Assembly (NCBI GenBank): GCA_047495785.1
Contig: JBLDXI010000068.1
Location: forward strand, 22,596-86,595
Length of the DNA: 64,000 bases
Direction: 5' to 3'
Source: Lepidodermella squamata
Taxonomy: Eukaryota > Animalia > Gastrotricha
Shown: one piece after another, positions 47,324-61,000 of the stretch
Layout of the letters: every line of letters begins with the position of its first letter
Position numbering within the stretch: position 1 is the stretch's first letter
Made by a program: the position numbers and the translations under genes
Notes under the pieces: model-generated
Seen by the model: the letters and a program-made list of their open reading frames with translations, nothing else
What the model was told of the DNA's origin: nothing
Database searches by the model: none

Positions 47324-48970
47324 TTACTTTGGGTCGATTTGATTTGATTGCTCTGTAGATTCCATGCCGCAATTTTGAGAGTCGGCTTCCGGGCCCCAGT
47401 CTCCATCGTCGACTGCCTTGGTGGGCTCGGCCGTGGGCTGAGCCGGGCGGGGTGGGTGCGTAGCAGATGCTGCAGAAAGGATTGTTGTTAACCCATTGAT
47501 AATACCTACAGGGTTCGTATTCTGTATAGCTTTGCTGAAGTGCGTGGACAGAGCGGCTGTGATAGCTTCGCAGACGATCTTCGCGATCAAAGCTTTGAAT
47601 TGCTCGTTGTTGATCAGATTTTCTGCAAGAGCTTGCATCGATATATTCTGCTGAGGCGGCGTCGATTGCTCAACATTCTGTTTCTTTACAGCAGCGTTCT
47701 GAGTCGATGGTTGCCAAGCTGATTTTTCGGGCAACGCTGCAGGGATGAATGTCTTCTGTTGTTCTGGGTGGAGGATTTTGTCCACTGCTTCCCGCTCGAG
47801 CTTGCGAATCTCCTGCTGCTTTCGCAGTAGCGCCGGACAGTGTCCTTTTTTCTCGCAATTGGCACAGAAACGCTGGTCAATGTCGTCTTTGGCTTCGCAG
47901 TCGGCAAATTTGTGGGGCCCAGCGCAGTGACTGCACTTAAGGGGGCCAGTGCATTGACGTAGGAGGTGGTTGTGAGATTGACACCTGCTGCAGCGCCCTC
48001 CTGTGTCGGGTGCAGGTTTTAGGAGTGTTGCTTCGATTGTGAATACTCCTATCGTGACCATTCCGTTGATTAGCTTTGCAGCCTCCTCTGGGCTTGACAT
48101 GAGGCATATGAATTCGGCATGGCTCTTGAATGCTCTTCTGACTGGGTAAATTTGCTCTGCTTGTGGCCATAGCTGCTTCAGTGTTTCCGCAGTCATCGAT
48201 TTCGGCGCGTTTCGAACGTGTACCGCACGTTTTTGCTGCGTTGCGATTTCTTGGGCTGTGTAATGTCGGCCGGAGCCGGCTGTTTTGCTCGGTTCTTCTT
48301 CAGGGAATAGTCTGTAATAGTGTGCAGTACGATGGGCTACGGCTTTTCCTTCGAAGGCCGATGAGGGCAGGTTGGATAGCAGGTTTTCAGCATCTCCTGG
48401 GGTGCTGCAAATGATCCCGACGCCGCCGTTTGGGTAATCAAAGATGTATTTTATTCGGAGGCCAGGCATTTTCTCACCAAGTTCGGCAGCTACTGTGTTC
48501 GAGTTATATTTTGCCGGGTCGAAGCCATCGATCGCAACAGTCAGTTTTTCCCTGGACTTCGCATCCAACAGGTTGTCCTTGTTGGTTTTGCGGGCTACTT
48601 GTTCTTCATCTGGGGTTACGTCGTCGGGTGATGACTCCTCATCGTTTCCAGGTTTGAAGTTTTTACCAGCACGGTTCGAGTGATGAATTGGTGTTCTGTC
48701 CCCGGCGGTGCTCCTTTTTTCTGCTGGACTGATCGGCGAATTGTTGTTGGTTTGTTGGTCGTCCTGCTGATCGCCAGGCCCTGGGATGGGTCCCAAGCTA
48801 GTCGCCTTGCGCTTAACTGTCGCTTGGTTCTGCTTGTCAGGGATCGGTTTAGAACCACCCGTGGTTTTCAGGAAACTTGTCCTGATGTCAGCCTGATGAT
48901 GATTTCCCGGCCCTCGTTGGCCGCCGCCTAAAAAGCCACCTCTGCCACTATTACCGCGGCCGGAGGCCAT
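47324..48970 (-). CDS. LINE ORF1 (gag-like nucleic-acid-binding protein), 548 aa
   Basis: Knuckles CSRCQSHNHLLRQC (CX2CX4HX4C), CSHCAGPHKFADC and degenerate CANCEKKGH; RGG-rich N-terminus; lies directly upstream of ORF2. Confidence 0.9.
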   Translation of the reverse strand: MASGRGNSGRGGFLGGGQRGPGNHHQADIRTSFLKTTGGSKPIPDKQNQATVKRKATSLGPIPGPGDQQDDQQTNNNSPISPAEKRSTAGDRTPIHHSNRAGKNFKPGNDEESSPDDVTPDEEQVARKTNKDNLLDAKSREKLTVAIDGFDPAKYNSNTVAAELGEKMPGLRIKYIFDYPNGGVGIICSTPGDAENLLSNLPSSAFEGKAVAHRTAHYYRLFPEEEPSKTAGSGRHYTAQEIATQQKRAVHVRNAPKSMTAETLKQLWPQAEQIYPVRRAFKSHAEFICLMSSPEEAAKLINGMVTIGVFTIEATLLKPAPDTGGRCSRCQSHNHLLRQCTGPLKCSHCAGPHKFADCEAKDDIDQRFCANCEKKGHCPALLRKQQEIRKLEREAVDKILHPEQQKTFIPAALPEKSAWQPSTQNAAVKKQNVEQSTPPQQNISMQALAENLINNEQFKALIAKIVCEAITAALSTHFSKAIQNTNPVGIINGLTTILSAASATHPPRPAQPTAEPTKAVDDGDWGPEADSQNCGMESTEQSNQIDPK

Positions 48971-49057
48971 CTTCTTATAAGGCCTGGCTTAATGAAACTG
49001 TGATAGTTTGATTAAAATTTAGGATAAAATGATGAAAAGAAATATTGGCTTAGTGCC

Positions 49058-52000
49058 AGTATGCGCGTATCGGCTGCAAACGTGTTTGCGCTTGCTGCCG
49101 CTATCGAATGAAGCGCGAATGTGCATGGCGTGGCTTGGTGCAGCCCGATTCCGCATAGCTGCGGTACGTACAAGGGCTGAGCACAACGATTCCAGCCTTC
49201 TGCGGCTTGCAGCGAAATACGCGTCATCTGAGATGTGCCCGAATCGCCTGCAAACGTACATGGCGTTGCTGCCACAACTGAATGACGCACGAATATGAGT
49301 GATTTGCACTGTTTGGGCACGATGCCGAACTGCGACGACACGTGCGAGTTGCGAAAACAGCGGTTTCAGCTTGCCATGGCTGGCAGCGAAATATCGGTCA
49401 TCCGAAGTAGGCGCGTATCGGCTGCAAACGTGTTTGCGCGTGCTGCCGCTATCGAATGAAGCGCGAATGTGCATGGTGTGGCTTGGTGCAGCCCGATTCC
49501 GCATAGCGGCGGTACGTACAAGGGCTGAACACAAGGATTCCAGCCTTCTGCGGCTTGCAGCGAAATACGCGTCATCTGAGATGTGCCCGAATCGCCTGCA
49601 AACGTGCATGGCGTTGCTGCGACAACCGAATGACGCACGAATATGAGTGATTTGCACTGGTTGGGCACGAAGCCGAACTGCGACGACACGTGCGAGTGGC
49701 GAAAACAGCGGTTTCAGCTTGCCATGGCTGGCAGCGAAATATCGGTCATCCGAGGTATGCGCGTATCGGCTGCAAACGTGTTTGCGCTTGCTGCCGCTAT
49801 CGAATGAAGCGCGAATGTGCATGGTGTGGCTTGGTGCAGCCCGATTCCGCATAGCGGCGGTACGTACAAGGCCTGAACACAAGGATTCCAGCCTTCTGCG
49901 GCTTGCAGCGAAATACGCGTCATCTGAGATGTGCCTGAATCGCCTGCAAACGTACATGGCGTTGCTGCCACAACCGAATGACGCACGAATATGAGTGATT
50001 TGCACTGGTTGGGCACGATGCCGAACTGCGACGACACGTGCGAGTGGCGAAAACAGCGGTTTCAGCTTGCCATGGCTGGCAGCGAAATATCGGTCATCAG
50101 AAATATGCGCGTATCGGCTGCAAACGTGTTTGCGCTTGCTGCCGCTATCGAATGAAGCGCGAATGTGCATGGTGTGGCTTGGTGCAGCCCGATTCCGCAT
50201 AGCGGCGGTACGTACAAGGGCTGAACACAAGGATACCAGCCTTCTGCGGCTGGAAGCGAAATACGCGTCATCTGAGATGTGCCCGAATCGCCTGCAAACG
50301 TACATGGCGTTGCTGCCACAACCGAATGACGCACGAATATGAGTGATTTGCACTGGTTGGGCACGAAGCCGAACTGCGACGACACGTGCGAGTGGCGAAA
50401 ACAGCGGTTTCAGCTTGCCATGGCTGGCAGCGAAATATCGGTCATCCGAGGTATGCGCGTATCGGCTGCAAACGTGTTTGCGCTTGCTGCCGCTATCGAA
50501 TGAAGCGCGAATGTGCATGGTGTGGCTTGGTGCAGCCCGATTCCGCATAGCGGCGGTACGTACAAGGCCTGAACACAAGGATTCCAGCCTTCTGCGGCTT
50601 GCAGCGAAATACGCGTCATCTGAGATGTGCCTGAATCGCCTGCAAACGTACATGGCGTTGCTGCCACAACCGAATGACGCACGAATATGAGTGATTTGCA
50701 CTGGTTGGGCACGATGCCGAACTGCGACGACACGTGCGAGTGGCGAAAACAGCGGTTTCAGCTTGCCATGGCTGGCAGCGAAATATCGGTCATCAGAAAT
50801 ATGCGCGTATCGGCTGCAAACGTGTTTGCGCTTGCTGCCGCTATCGAATGAAGCGCGAATGTGCATGGTGTGGCTTGGTGCAGCCCGATTCCGCATAGCG
50901 GCGGTACGTACAAGGGCTGAACACAAGGATACCAGCCTTCTGCGGCTGGAAGCGAAATACGCGTCATCTGAGATGTGCCTGAATCGCCTGCAAACGTGCA
51001 TGGCGTTGCTGCCACAACCGAATGACGCACGAATATGAGTGATTTGCACTGGTTGGGCACGATGCCGAACTGCGACGACAAGTGCGAGTGGCGAAAACAG
51101 CGGTTTCAGCTTGCCATGGCTGGCAGCGAAATATCGGTCATCCGAGGTATGCGCGTATCGGCTGCAAACGTGTTTGCGCTTGCTGCCGCTATCGAATGAA
51201 GCGCGAATGTGCATGGTGTGGCTTGGTGCAGCCCGATTCCGCATAGCGGCGGTACGTACAAGGCCTGAACACAAGGATTCCAGCCTTCTGCGGCTTGCAG
51301 CGAAATACGCGTCATCTGAGATGTGCCCGAATCGCCTGCAAACGTACATGGCGTTGCTGCCACAACCGAATGACGCACGAATATGAGTGATTTGCACTGG
51401 TTGGGCACGAAGCCGAACTGCGACGACACGTGCGAGTGGCGAAAACAGCGGTTTCAGCTTGCCATGGCTGGCAGCGAAATATCGGTCATCCGAGGTATGC
51501 GCGTATCGGCTGCAAACGTGTTTGCGCTTGCTGCCGCTATCGAATGAAGCGCGAATGTGCATGGTGTGGCTTGGTGCAGCCCGATTCCGCATAGCGGCGG
51601 TACGTACAAGGCCTGAACACAAGGATTCCAGCCTTCTGCGGCTTGCAGCGAAATACGCGTCATCTGAGATGTGCCTGAATCGCCTGCAAACGTACATGGC
51701 GTTGCTGCCACAACCGAATGACGCACGAATATGAGTGATTTGCACTGGTTGGGCACGATGCCGAACTGCGACGACACGTGCGAGTGGCGAAAACAGCGGT
51801 TTCAGCTTGCCATGGCTGGCAGCGAAATATCGGTCATCAGAAATATGCGCGTATCGGCTGCAAACGTGTTTGCGCTTGCTGCCGCTATCGAATGAAGCGC
51901 GAATGTGCATGGTGTGGCTTGGTGCAGCCCGATTCCGCATAGCGGCGGTACGTACAAGGCCTGAACACAAGGATTCCAGCCTTCTGCGGCTTGCAGCGAA

Positions 52001-55000
52001 ATACGCGTCATCTGAGATGTGCCCGAATCGCCTGCAAACGTACATGGCGTTGCTGCCACAACCGAATGACGCACGAATATGAGTGATTTGCACTGGTTGG
52101 GCACGATGCCGAACTGCGACGACACGTGCGAGTGGCGAAAACAGCGGTTTCAGCTTGCCATGGCTGGCAGCGAAATATCGGTCATCCGAGGTATGCGCGT
52201 ATCGGCTGCAAACGTGTTTGCGCTTGCTGCCGCTATCGAATGAAGCGCGAATGTGCATGGTGTGGCTTGGTGCAGCCCGATTCCACATAGCGGCGGTACG
52301 TACAAGGGCTGAACACAAGGATTCCAGCCTTCTGCGGCTTGCAGCGAAATACGCGTCATCTGAGATGTGCCTGAATCGCCTGCAAACGTACATGGCGTTG
52401 CTGCCACAACCGAATGACGCACGAATATGAGTGATTTGCACTGGTTGGGCACGATGCCGAACTGCGACGACACGTGCGAGTGGCGAAAACAGCGGTTTCA
52501 GCTTGCCATGGCTGGCAGCGAAATATCGGTCATCCGAAATATGCGCGTATCGGCTGCAAACGTGTTTGCGCGTGCTGCCGCTATCGAATGAAGCGCGAAT
52601 GTGCATGGTGTGCCTGGGTGCAGCCCGATTCCACATAGCGGCGGTATGTACAAGGGCTGAACACAAGGATTCCAGCCTTCTGCGGCTGGAAGCGAAATAC
52701 GCGTCATCTGAGATGTGCCCGAATCGCCTGCAAACGTACATGGCGTTGCTGCCACAACCGAATGACGCACGAATATGAGTGATTTGCACTGGTTGGGCAC
52801 GATGCCGAACTGCGACGACACGTGCGAGTGGCGAAAACAGCGGTTTCAGCTTGCCATGGCTGGCAGCGAAATATCGGTCATCCGAAGTATGCGCGTATCG
52901 GCTGCAAACGTGTTTGCGCGTGCTGCCGCTATCGAATGAAGCGCGAATGTGCATGGTGTGGCTTGGTGCAGCCCGATTCCGCATAGCGGCGGTACGTACA
53001 AGGGCTGAACACAAGGATACCAGCCTTCTGCGGCTGGAAGCGAAATACGCGTCATCTGAGATGTGCCCGAATCGCCTGCAAACGTGCATGGCGTTGCTGC
53101 CACAACCGAATGACGCACGAATATGAGTGATTTGCACTGGTTGGGCACGATGCCGAACTGCGACGACAAGTGCGAGTGGCGAAAACAGCGGTTTCAGCTT
53201 GCCATGGCTGGCAGCGAAATATCGGTCATCCGAGGTATGCGCGTATCGGCTGCAAACGTGTTTGCGCTTGCTGCCGCTATCGAATGAAGCGCGAATGTGC
53301 ATGGTGTGGCTTGGTGCAGCCCGATTCCGCATAGCGGCGGTACGTACAAGGCCTGAACACAAGGATTCCAGCCTTCTGCGGCTTGCAGCGAAATACGCGT
53401 CATCTGAGATGTGCCCGAATCGCCTGCAAACGTACATGGCGTTGCTGCCACAACCGAATGACGCACGAATATGAGTGATTTGCACTGGTTGGGCACGATG
53501 CCGAACTGCGACGACACGTGCGAGTGGCGAAAACAGCGGTTTCAGCTTGCCATGGCTGGCAGCGAAATATCGGTCATCCGAGGTATGCGCGTATCGGCTG
53601 CAAACGTGTTTGCGCTTGCTGCCGCTATCGAATGAAGCGCGAATGTGCATGGTGTGGCTTGGTGCAGCCCGATTCCACATAGCGGCGGTACGTACAAGGG
53701 CTGAACACAAGGATTCCAGCCTTCTGCGGCTTGCAGCGAAATACGCGTCATCTGAGATGTGCCCGAATCGCCTGCAAACGTACATGGCGTTGCTGCCACA
53801 ACCGAATGACGCACGAATATGAGTGATTTGCACTGGTTGGGCACGATGCCGAACTGCGACGACACGTGCGAGTGGCGAAAACAGCGGTTTCAGCTTGCCA
53901 TGGCTGGCAGCGAAATATCGGTCATCCGAAATATGCGCGTATCGGCTGCAAACGTGTTTGCGCGTGCTGCCGCTATCGAATGAAGCGCGAATGTGCATGG
54001 TGTGCCTGGGTGCAGCCCGATTCCACATAGCGGCGGTATGTACAAGGGCTGAACACAAGGATACCAGCCTTCTGCGGCTTGCAGCGAAATACGCGTCATC
54101 TGAGATGTGCCTGAATCGCCTGCAAACGTACATGGCGTTGCTGCCACAACCGAATGACGCACGAATATGAGTGATTTGCACTGGTTGGGCACGATGCCGA
54201 ACTGCGACGACACGTGCGAGTGGCGAAAACAGCGGTTTCAGCTTGCCATGGCTGGCAGCGAAATATCGGTCATCCGAAGTATGCGCGTATCGGCTGCAAA
54301 CGTGTTTGCGCGTGCTGCCGCTATCGAATGAAGCGCGAATGTGCATGGTGTGCCTGGGTGCAGCCCGATTCCACATAGCGGCGGTATGTACAAGGGCTGA
54401 ACACAAGGATACCAGCCTTCTGCGGCTTGCAGCGAAATACGCGTCATCTGAGATGTGCCTGAATCGCCTGCAAACGTACATGGCGTTGCTGCCACAACCG
54501 AATGACGCACGAATATGAGTGATTTGCACTGGTTGGGCACGATGCCGAACTGCGACGACACGTGCGAGTGGCGAAAACAGCGGTTTCAGCTTGCCATGGC
54601 TGGCAGCGAAATATCGGTCATCCGAAGTATGCGCGTATCGGCTGCAAACGTGTTTGCGCGTGCTGCCGCTATCGAATGAAGCGCGAATGTGCATGGTGTG
54701 CCTGGGTGCAGCCCGATTCCACATAGCGGCGGTACGTACAAGGGCTGAACACAAGGATTCCAGCCCTCTGCGGCTTGCAGCGAAATACGCGTCATCTGAG
54801 ATGTGCCTGAATCGCCTGCAAACGTACATGGCGTTGCTGCCACAACCGAATGACGCACGAATATGAGTGATTTGCACTGGTTGGGCACGATGCCGAACTG
54901 CGACGACACGTGCGAGTGGCGAAAACAGCGGTTTCAGCTTGCCATGGCTGGCAGCGAAATATCGGTCATCCGAAATATGCGCGTATCGGCTGCAAACGTG

Positions 55001-58000
55001 TTTGCGCGTGCTGCCGCTATCGAATGAAGCGCGAATGTGCATGGCGTGGCTTGGTGCAGCCCGATTCCGCATAGCTGCGGTACGTACAAGGGCTGAGCAC
55101 AACGATTCCAGCCTTCTGCGGCTTGCAGCGAAATACGCGTCATCTGAGATGTGCCCGAATCGCCTGCAAACGTACATGGCGTTGCTGCCACAACTGAATG
55201 ACGCACGAATATGAGTGATTTGCACTGTTTGGGCACGATGCCGAACTGCGACGACACGTGCGAGTTGCGAAAACAGCGGTTTCAGCTTGCCATGGCTGGC
55301 AGCGAAATATCGGTCATCCGAAGTAGGCGCGTATCGGCTGCAAACGTGTTTGCGCGTGCTGCCGCTAACGAATGAAGCGCGAATGTGCATGGTGTGGCTT
55401 GGTGCAGCCCGATTCCGCATAGCGGCGGTATGTACAAGGGCTGAACACAAGGATACCAGCCTTCTGCGGCTTGCAGCGAAATACGCGTCATCTGAGATGT
55501 GCCTGAATCGCCTGCAAACGTACATGGCGTTGCTGCCACAACCGAATGACGCACGAATATGAGTGATTTGCACTGGTTGGGCACGATGCCGAACTGCGAC
55601 GACACGTGCGAGTGGCGAAAACAGCGGTTTCAGCTTGCCATGGCTGGCAGCGAAATATCGGTCATCCGAAGTATGCGCGTATCGGCTGCAAACGTGTTTG
55701 CGCGTGCTGCCGCTATCGAATGAAGCGCGAATGTGCATGGTGTGCCTGGGTGCAGCCCGATTCCACATAGCGGCGGTACGTACAAGGGCTGAACACAAGG
55801 ATTCCAGCCCTCTGCGGCTTGCAGCGAAATACGCGTCATCTGAGATGTGCCTGAATCGCCTGCAAACGTACATGGCGTTGCTGCCACAACCGAATGACGC
55901 ACGAATATGAGTGATTTGCACTGGTTGGGCACGATGCCGAACTGCGACGACACGTGCGAGTGGCGAAAACAGCGGTTTCAGCTTGCCATGGCTGGCAGCG
56001 AAATATCGGTCATCCGAAATATGCGCGTATCGGCTGCAAACGTGTTTGCGCGTGCTGCCGCTATCGAATGAAGCGCGAATGTGCATGGCGTGGCTTGGTG
56101 CAGCCCGATTCCGCATAGCTGCGGTACGTACAAGGGCTGAGCACAACGATTCCAGCCTTCTGCGGCTTGCAGCGAAATACGCGTCATCTGAGATGTGCCC
56201 GAATCGCCTGCAAACGTACATGGCGTTGCTGCCACAACCGAATGACGCACGAATATGAGTGATTTGCACTGGTTGGGCACGATGCCGAACTGCGACGACA
56301 CGTGCGAGTGGCGAAAACAGCGGTTTCAGCTTGCCATGGCTGTCAGCGAAATATCGGTCATCCGAGGTATGCGCGTATCGGCTGCAAACGTGTTTGCGCT
56401 TGCTGCCGCTATCGAATGAAGCGCGAATGTGCATGGTGTGCCTGGGTGCAGCCCGATTCCACATAGCGGCGGTATGTACAAGGGCTGAACACAAGGATTC
56501 CAGCCTTCTGCGGCTGGAAGCGAAATACGCGTCATCTGAGATGTGCCCGAATCGCCTGCAAACGTACATGGCGTTGCTGCCACAACCGAATGACGCACGA
56601 ATATGAGTGATTTGCACTGGTTGGGCATGATGCCGAACTGCGACGACACGTGCGAGTGGCGAAAACAGCGGTTTCAGCTTGCCATGGCTGGCAGTGAAAT
56701 ATCGGTCATCAGAAATATGCGCGTATCGGCTGCAAACGTGTTTGCGCGTGCTGCCGCTATCGAATGAAGCGCGAATGTGCATGGTGTGGCTTGGTGCAGC
56801 CCGATTCCACATAGCGGCGGTATGTACAAGGCCTGAACACAAGGATTCCAGCCTTCTGCGGCTTGCAGCGAAATACGCGTCATCTGAGATGTGCCCGAAT
56901 CGCCTGCAAACGTACATGGCGTTGCTGCCACAACCGAATGACGCACGAATATGAGTGATTTGCACTGGTTGGGCACGATGCCGAACTGCGACGACACGTG
57001 CGAGTGGCGAAAACAGCGGTTTCAGCTTGCCATGGCTGGCAGCGAAATATCGGTCATCCGAAGTATGCGCGTATCGGCTGCAAACGTGTTTGCGCGTGCT
57101 GCCGCTATCGAATGAAGCGCGAATGTGCATGGTGTGCCTGGGTGCAGCCCGATTCCACATAGCGGCGGTATGTACAAGGGCTGAACACAAGGATACCAGC
57201 CTTCTGCGGCTGGAAGCGAAATACGCGTCATCTGAGATGTGCCCGAATCGCCTGCAAACGTGCATGGCGTTGCTGCCACAACCGAATGACGCACGAATAT
57301 GAGTGATTTGCACTGGTTGGGCACGATGCCGAACTGCGACGACACGTGCGAGTGGCGAAAACAGCGGTTTCAGCTTGCCATGGCTGGCAGCGAAATATCG
57401 GTCATCCGAAATATGCGCGTATCGGCTGCAAACGTGTTTGCGCGTGCTGCCGCTATCGAATGAAGCGCGAATGTGCATGGTGTGCCTGGGTGCAGCCCGA
57501 TTCCACATAGCGGCGGTATGTTCAAGGGCTGAACACAAGGATACCAGCCTTCTGCGGCTTGCAGCGAAATACGCGTCATCTGAGATGTGCCCGAATCGCC
57601 TGCAAACGTACATGGCGTTGCTGCCACAACTGAATGACGCACGAATATGAGTGATTTGCACTGGTTGGGCACGATGCCGAACTGCGACGACACGTGCGAG
57701 TGGCGAAAACAGCGGTTTCAGCTTGCCATGGCTGGCAGCGAAATATCGGTCATCCGAAGTATGCGCGTATCGGCTGCAAACGTGTTTGCGCGTGCTGCCG
57801 CTATCGAATGAAGCGCGAATGTGCATGGTGTGCCTGGGTGCAGCCCGATTCCACATAGCGGCGGTATGTACAAGGGCTGAACACAAGGATACCAGCCTTC
57901 TGCGGCTGGAAGCGAAATACGCGTCATCTGAGATGTGCCCGAATCGCCTGCAAACGTGCATGGCGTTGCTGCCACAACCGAATGACGCACGAATATGAGT

Positions 58001-61000
58001 GATTTGCACTGGTTGGGCACGATGCCGAACTGCGACGACAAGTGCGAGTGGCGAAAACAGCGGTTTCAGCTTGCCATGCCTGGCAGTGAAATATCGGTCA
58101 TCCGAGGTATGCGCGTATCGGCTGCAAACGTGTTTGCGCGTGCTGCCGCTATCGAATGAAGCGCGAATGTGCATGGTGTGCCTGGGTGCAGCCCGATTCC
58201 ACATAGCGGCGGTATGTACAAGGGCTGAACACAAGGATACCAGCCTTCTGCGGCTTGCAGCGAAATACGCGTCATCTGAGATGTGCCTGAATCGCCTGCA
58301 AACGTACATGGCGTTGCTGCCACAACCGAATGACGCACGAATATGAGTGATTTGCACTGGTTGGGCACGATGCCGAACTGCGACGACACGTGCGAGTGGC
58401 GAAAACAGCGGTTTCAGCTTGCCATGGCTGGCAGCGAAATATCGGTCATCCGAAGTATGCGCGTATCGGCTGCAAACGTGTTTGCGCGTGCTGCCGCTAA
58501 CGAATGAAGCGCGAATGTGCATGGTGTGCCTGGGTGCAGCCCGATTCCACATAGCGGCGGTATGTACAAGGGCTGAACACAAGGATACCAGCCTTCTGCG
58601 GCTTGCAGCGAAATACGCGTCATCTGAGATGTGCCTGAATCGCCTGCAAACGTACATGGCGTTGCTGCCACAACCGAATGACGCACGAATATGAGTGATT
58701 TGCACTGGTTGGGCACGATGCCGAACTGCGACGACACGTGCGAGTGGCGAAAACAGCGGTTTCAGCTTGCCATGGCTGGCAGCGAAATATCGGTCATCCG
58801 AGGTATGCGCGTATCGGCTGCAACGTGTTTGCGCTTGCTGCCGCTATCGAATGAAGCGCGAATGTGCATGGTGTGCCTGGGTGCAGCCCGATTCCACATA
58901 GCGGCGGGTATGTACAAGGGCTGAACACAAGGATTCCAGCCTTCTGCGGCTGGAAGCGAAATACGCGTCATCTGAGATGTGCCCGAATCGCCTGCAAACG
59001 TACATGGCGTTGCTGCCACAACTGAATGACGCACGAATATGAGTGATTTGCACTGTTTGGGCACGATGCCGAACTGCGACGACACGTGCGAGTGGCGAAA
59101 ACAGCGGTTTCAGCTTGCCATGGCTGGCAGTGAAATATCGGTCATCAGAAATATGCGCGTATCGGCTGCAACGTGTTTGCGCGTGCTACCGCTATCGAAT
59201 GAAGCGCGAATGTGCATGGTGTGGCTTGGTGCAGCCCGATTCCACATAGCGGCGGTATGTACAAGGGCTGAACACAAGGATTCCAGCCTTCTGCGGCTTG
59301 CAGCGAAATACGCGTCATCTGAGATGTGCCTGAATCGCCTGCAAACGTACATGGCGTTGCTGCCACAACCGAATGACGCACGAATATGAGTGATTTGCAC
59401 TGGTTGGGCACGATGCCGAACTGCGACGACACGTGCGAGTGGCGAAAACAGCGGTTTCAGCTTGCCATGGCTGGCAGCGAAATATCGGTCATCCGAAGTA
59501 TGCGCGTATCGGCTGCAAACGTGTTTGCGCGTGCTGCCGCTATCGAATGAAGCGCGAATGTGCATGGTGTGCCTGGGTGCAGCCCGATTCCACATAGCGG
59601 CGGTATGTACAAGGGCTGAACACAAGGATACCAGCCTTCTGCGGCTGGAAGCGAAATACGCGTCATCTGAGATGTGCCCGAATCGCCTGCAAACGTGCAT
59701 GGCGTTGCTGCCACAACCGAATGACGCACGAATATGAGTGATTTGCACTGGTTGGGCACGATGCCGAACTGCGACGACACGTGCGAGTGGCGAAAACAGC
59801 GGTTTCAGCTTGCCATGGCTGGCAGCGAAATATCGGTCATCCGAAGTATGCGCGTATCGGCTGCAAACGTGTTTGCGCGTGCTGCCGCTATCGAATGAAG
59901 CGCGAATGTGCATGGCGTGCCTGGGTGCAGCCCGATTCCACATAGCGGCGGTATGTACAAGGGCTGAACACAAGGATACCAGCCTCTGCGGCTGGAAGCG
60001 AAATACGCGTCATCTGAGATGTGCCCGAATCGCCTGCAAACGTGCATGGCGTTGCTGCCACAACCGAATGACGCACGAATATGAGTGATTTGCACTGGTT
60101 GGGCACGATGCCGAACTGCGACGACAAGTGCGAGTGGCGAAAACAGCGGTTTCAGCTTGCCATGCCTGGCAGTGAAATATCGGTCATCCGAGGTATGCGC
60201 GTATCGGCTGCAAACGTGTTTGCGCTTGCTGCCGCTATCGAATGAAGCGCGAATGTGCATGGTGTGGCTTGGTGCAGCCCGATTCCACATAGCGGCGGTA
60301 CGTACAAGGGCTGAACACAAGGATACCAGCCTTCTGCGGCTGGAAGCGAAATACGCGTCATCTGAGATGTGCCCGAATCGCCTGCAAACGTACATGGCCG
60401 TTGCTGCCACAACCGAATGACGCACGAATATGATTGATTTGCACTGGTTGGGCACGATGCCGAACTGCGACGACACGTGCGAGTGGCGAAAACAGCGGTT
60501 TCAGCTTGCCATGGCTGGCAGCGAAATATCGGTCATCCGAGGTATGCGCGTATCGGCTGCAAACGTGTTTGCGTGTGCTGCCGCTATCGAATGAAGCGCG
60601 AATGTGCATGGTGTGCCTGGGTGCAGCCCGATTCCACATAGCGGCGGTATGTACAAGGGCTGAACACAAGGATACCAGCCTTCTGCGGCTGGGAGCGAAA
60701 TACGCGTCATCTGAGATGTGCCCGAATCGCCTGCAAACGTACATGGCGTTGCTGCCACAACCGAATGACGCACGAATATGAGTGATTTGCACTGGTTGGG
60801 CACGATGCCGAACTGCGACGACACGTGCGAGTGGCGAAAACAGCGGTTTCAGCTTGCCATGGCTGGCAGCGAAATATCGGTCATCAGAAATATGCGCGTA
60901 TCGGCTGCAAACGTGTTTGCGCTTGCTGCCGCTATCGAATGAAGCGCGAATGTGCATGGCGTGGCTTGGTGCAGTCTGATTTCACATAGCGGCGGTACGT

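Larger units (their letters stand above)
43787..49057 (-). mobile_element. Near full-length non-LTR retrotransposon (Jockey/I-group-like), copy 2; 3' end missing
   Basis: About 87-nt 5' UTR, ORF1, 113-bp spacer, ORF2, 3' UTR matching copy 1 up to 20542; satellite on both sides. Confidence 0.95.
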
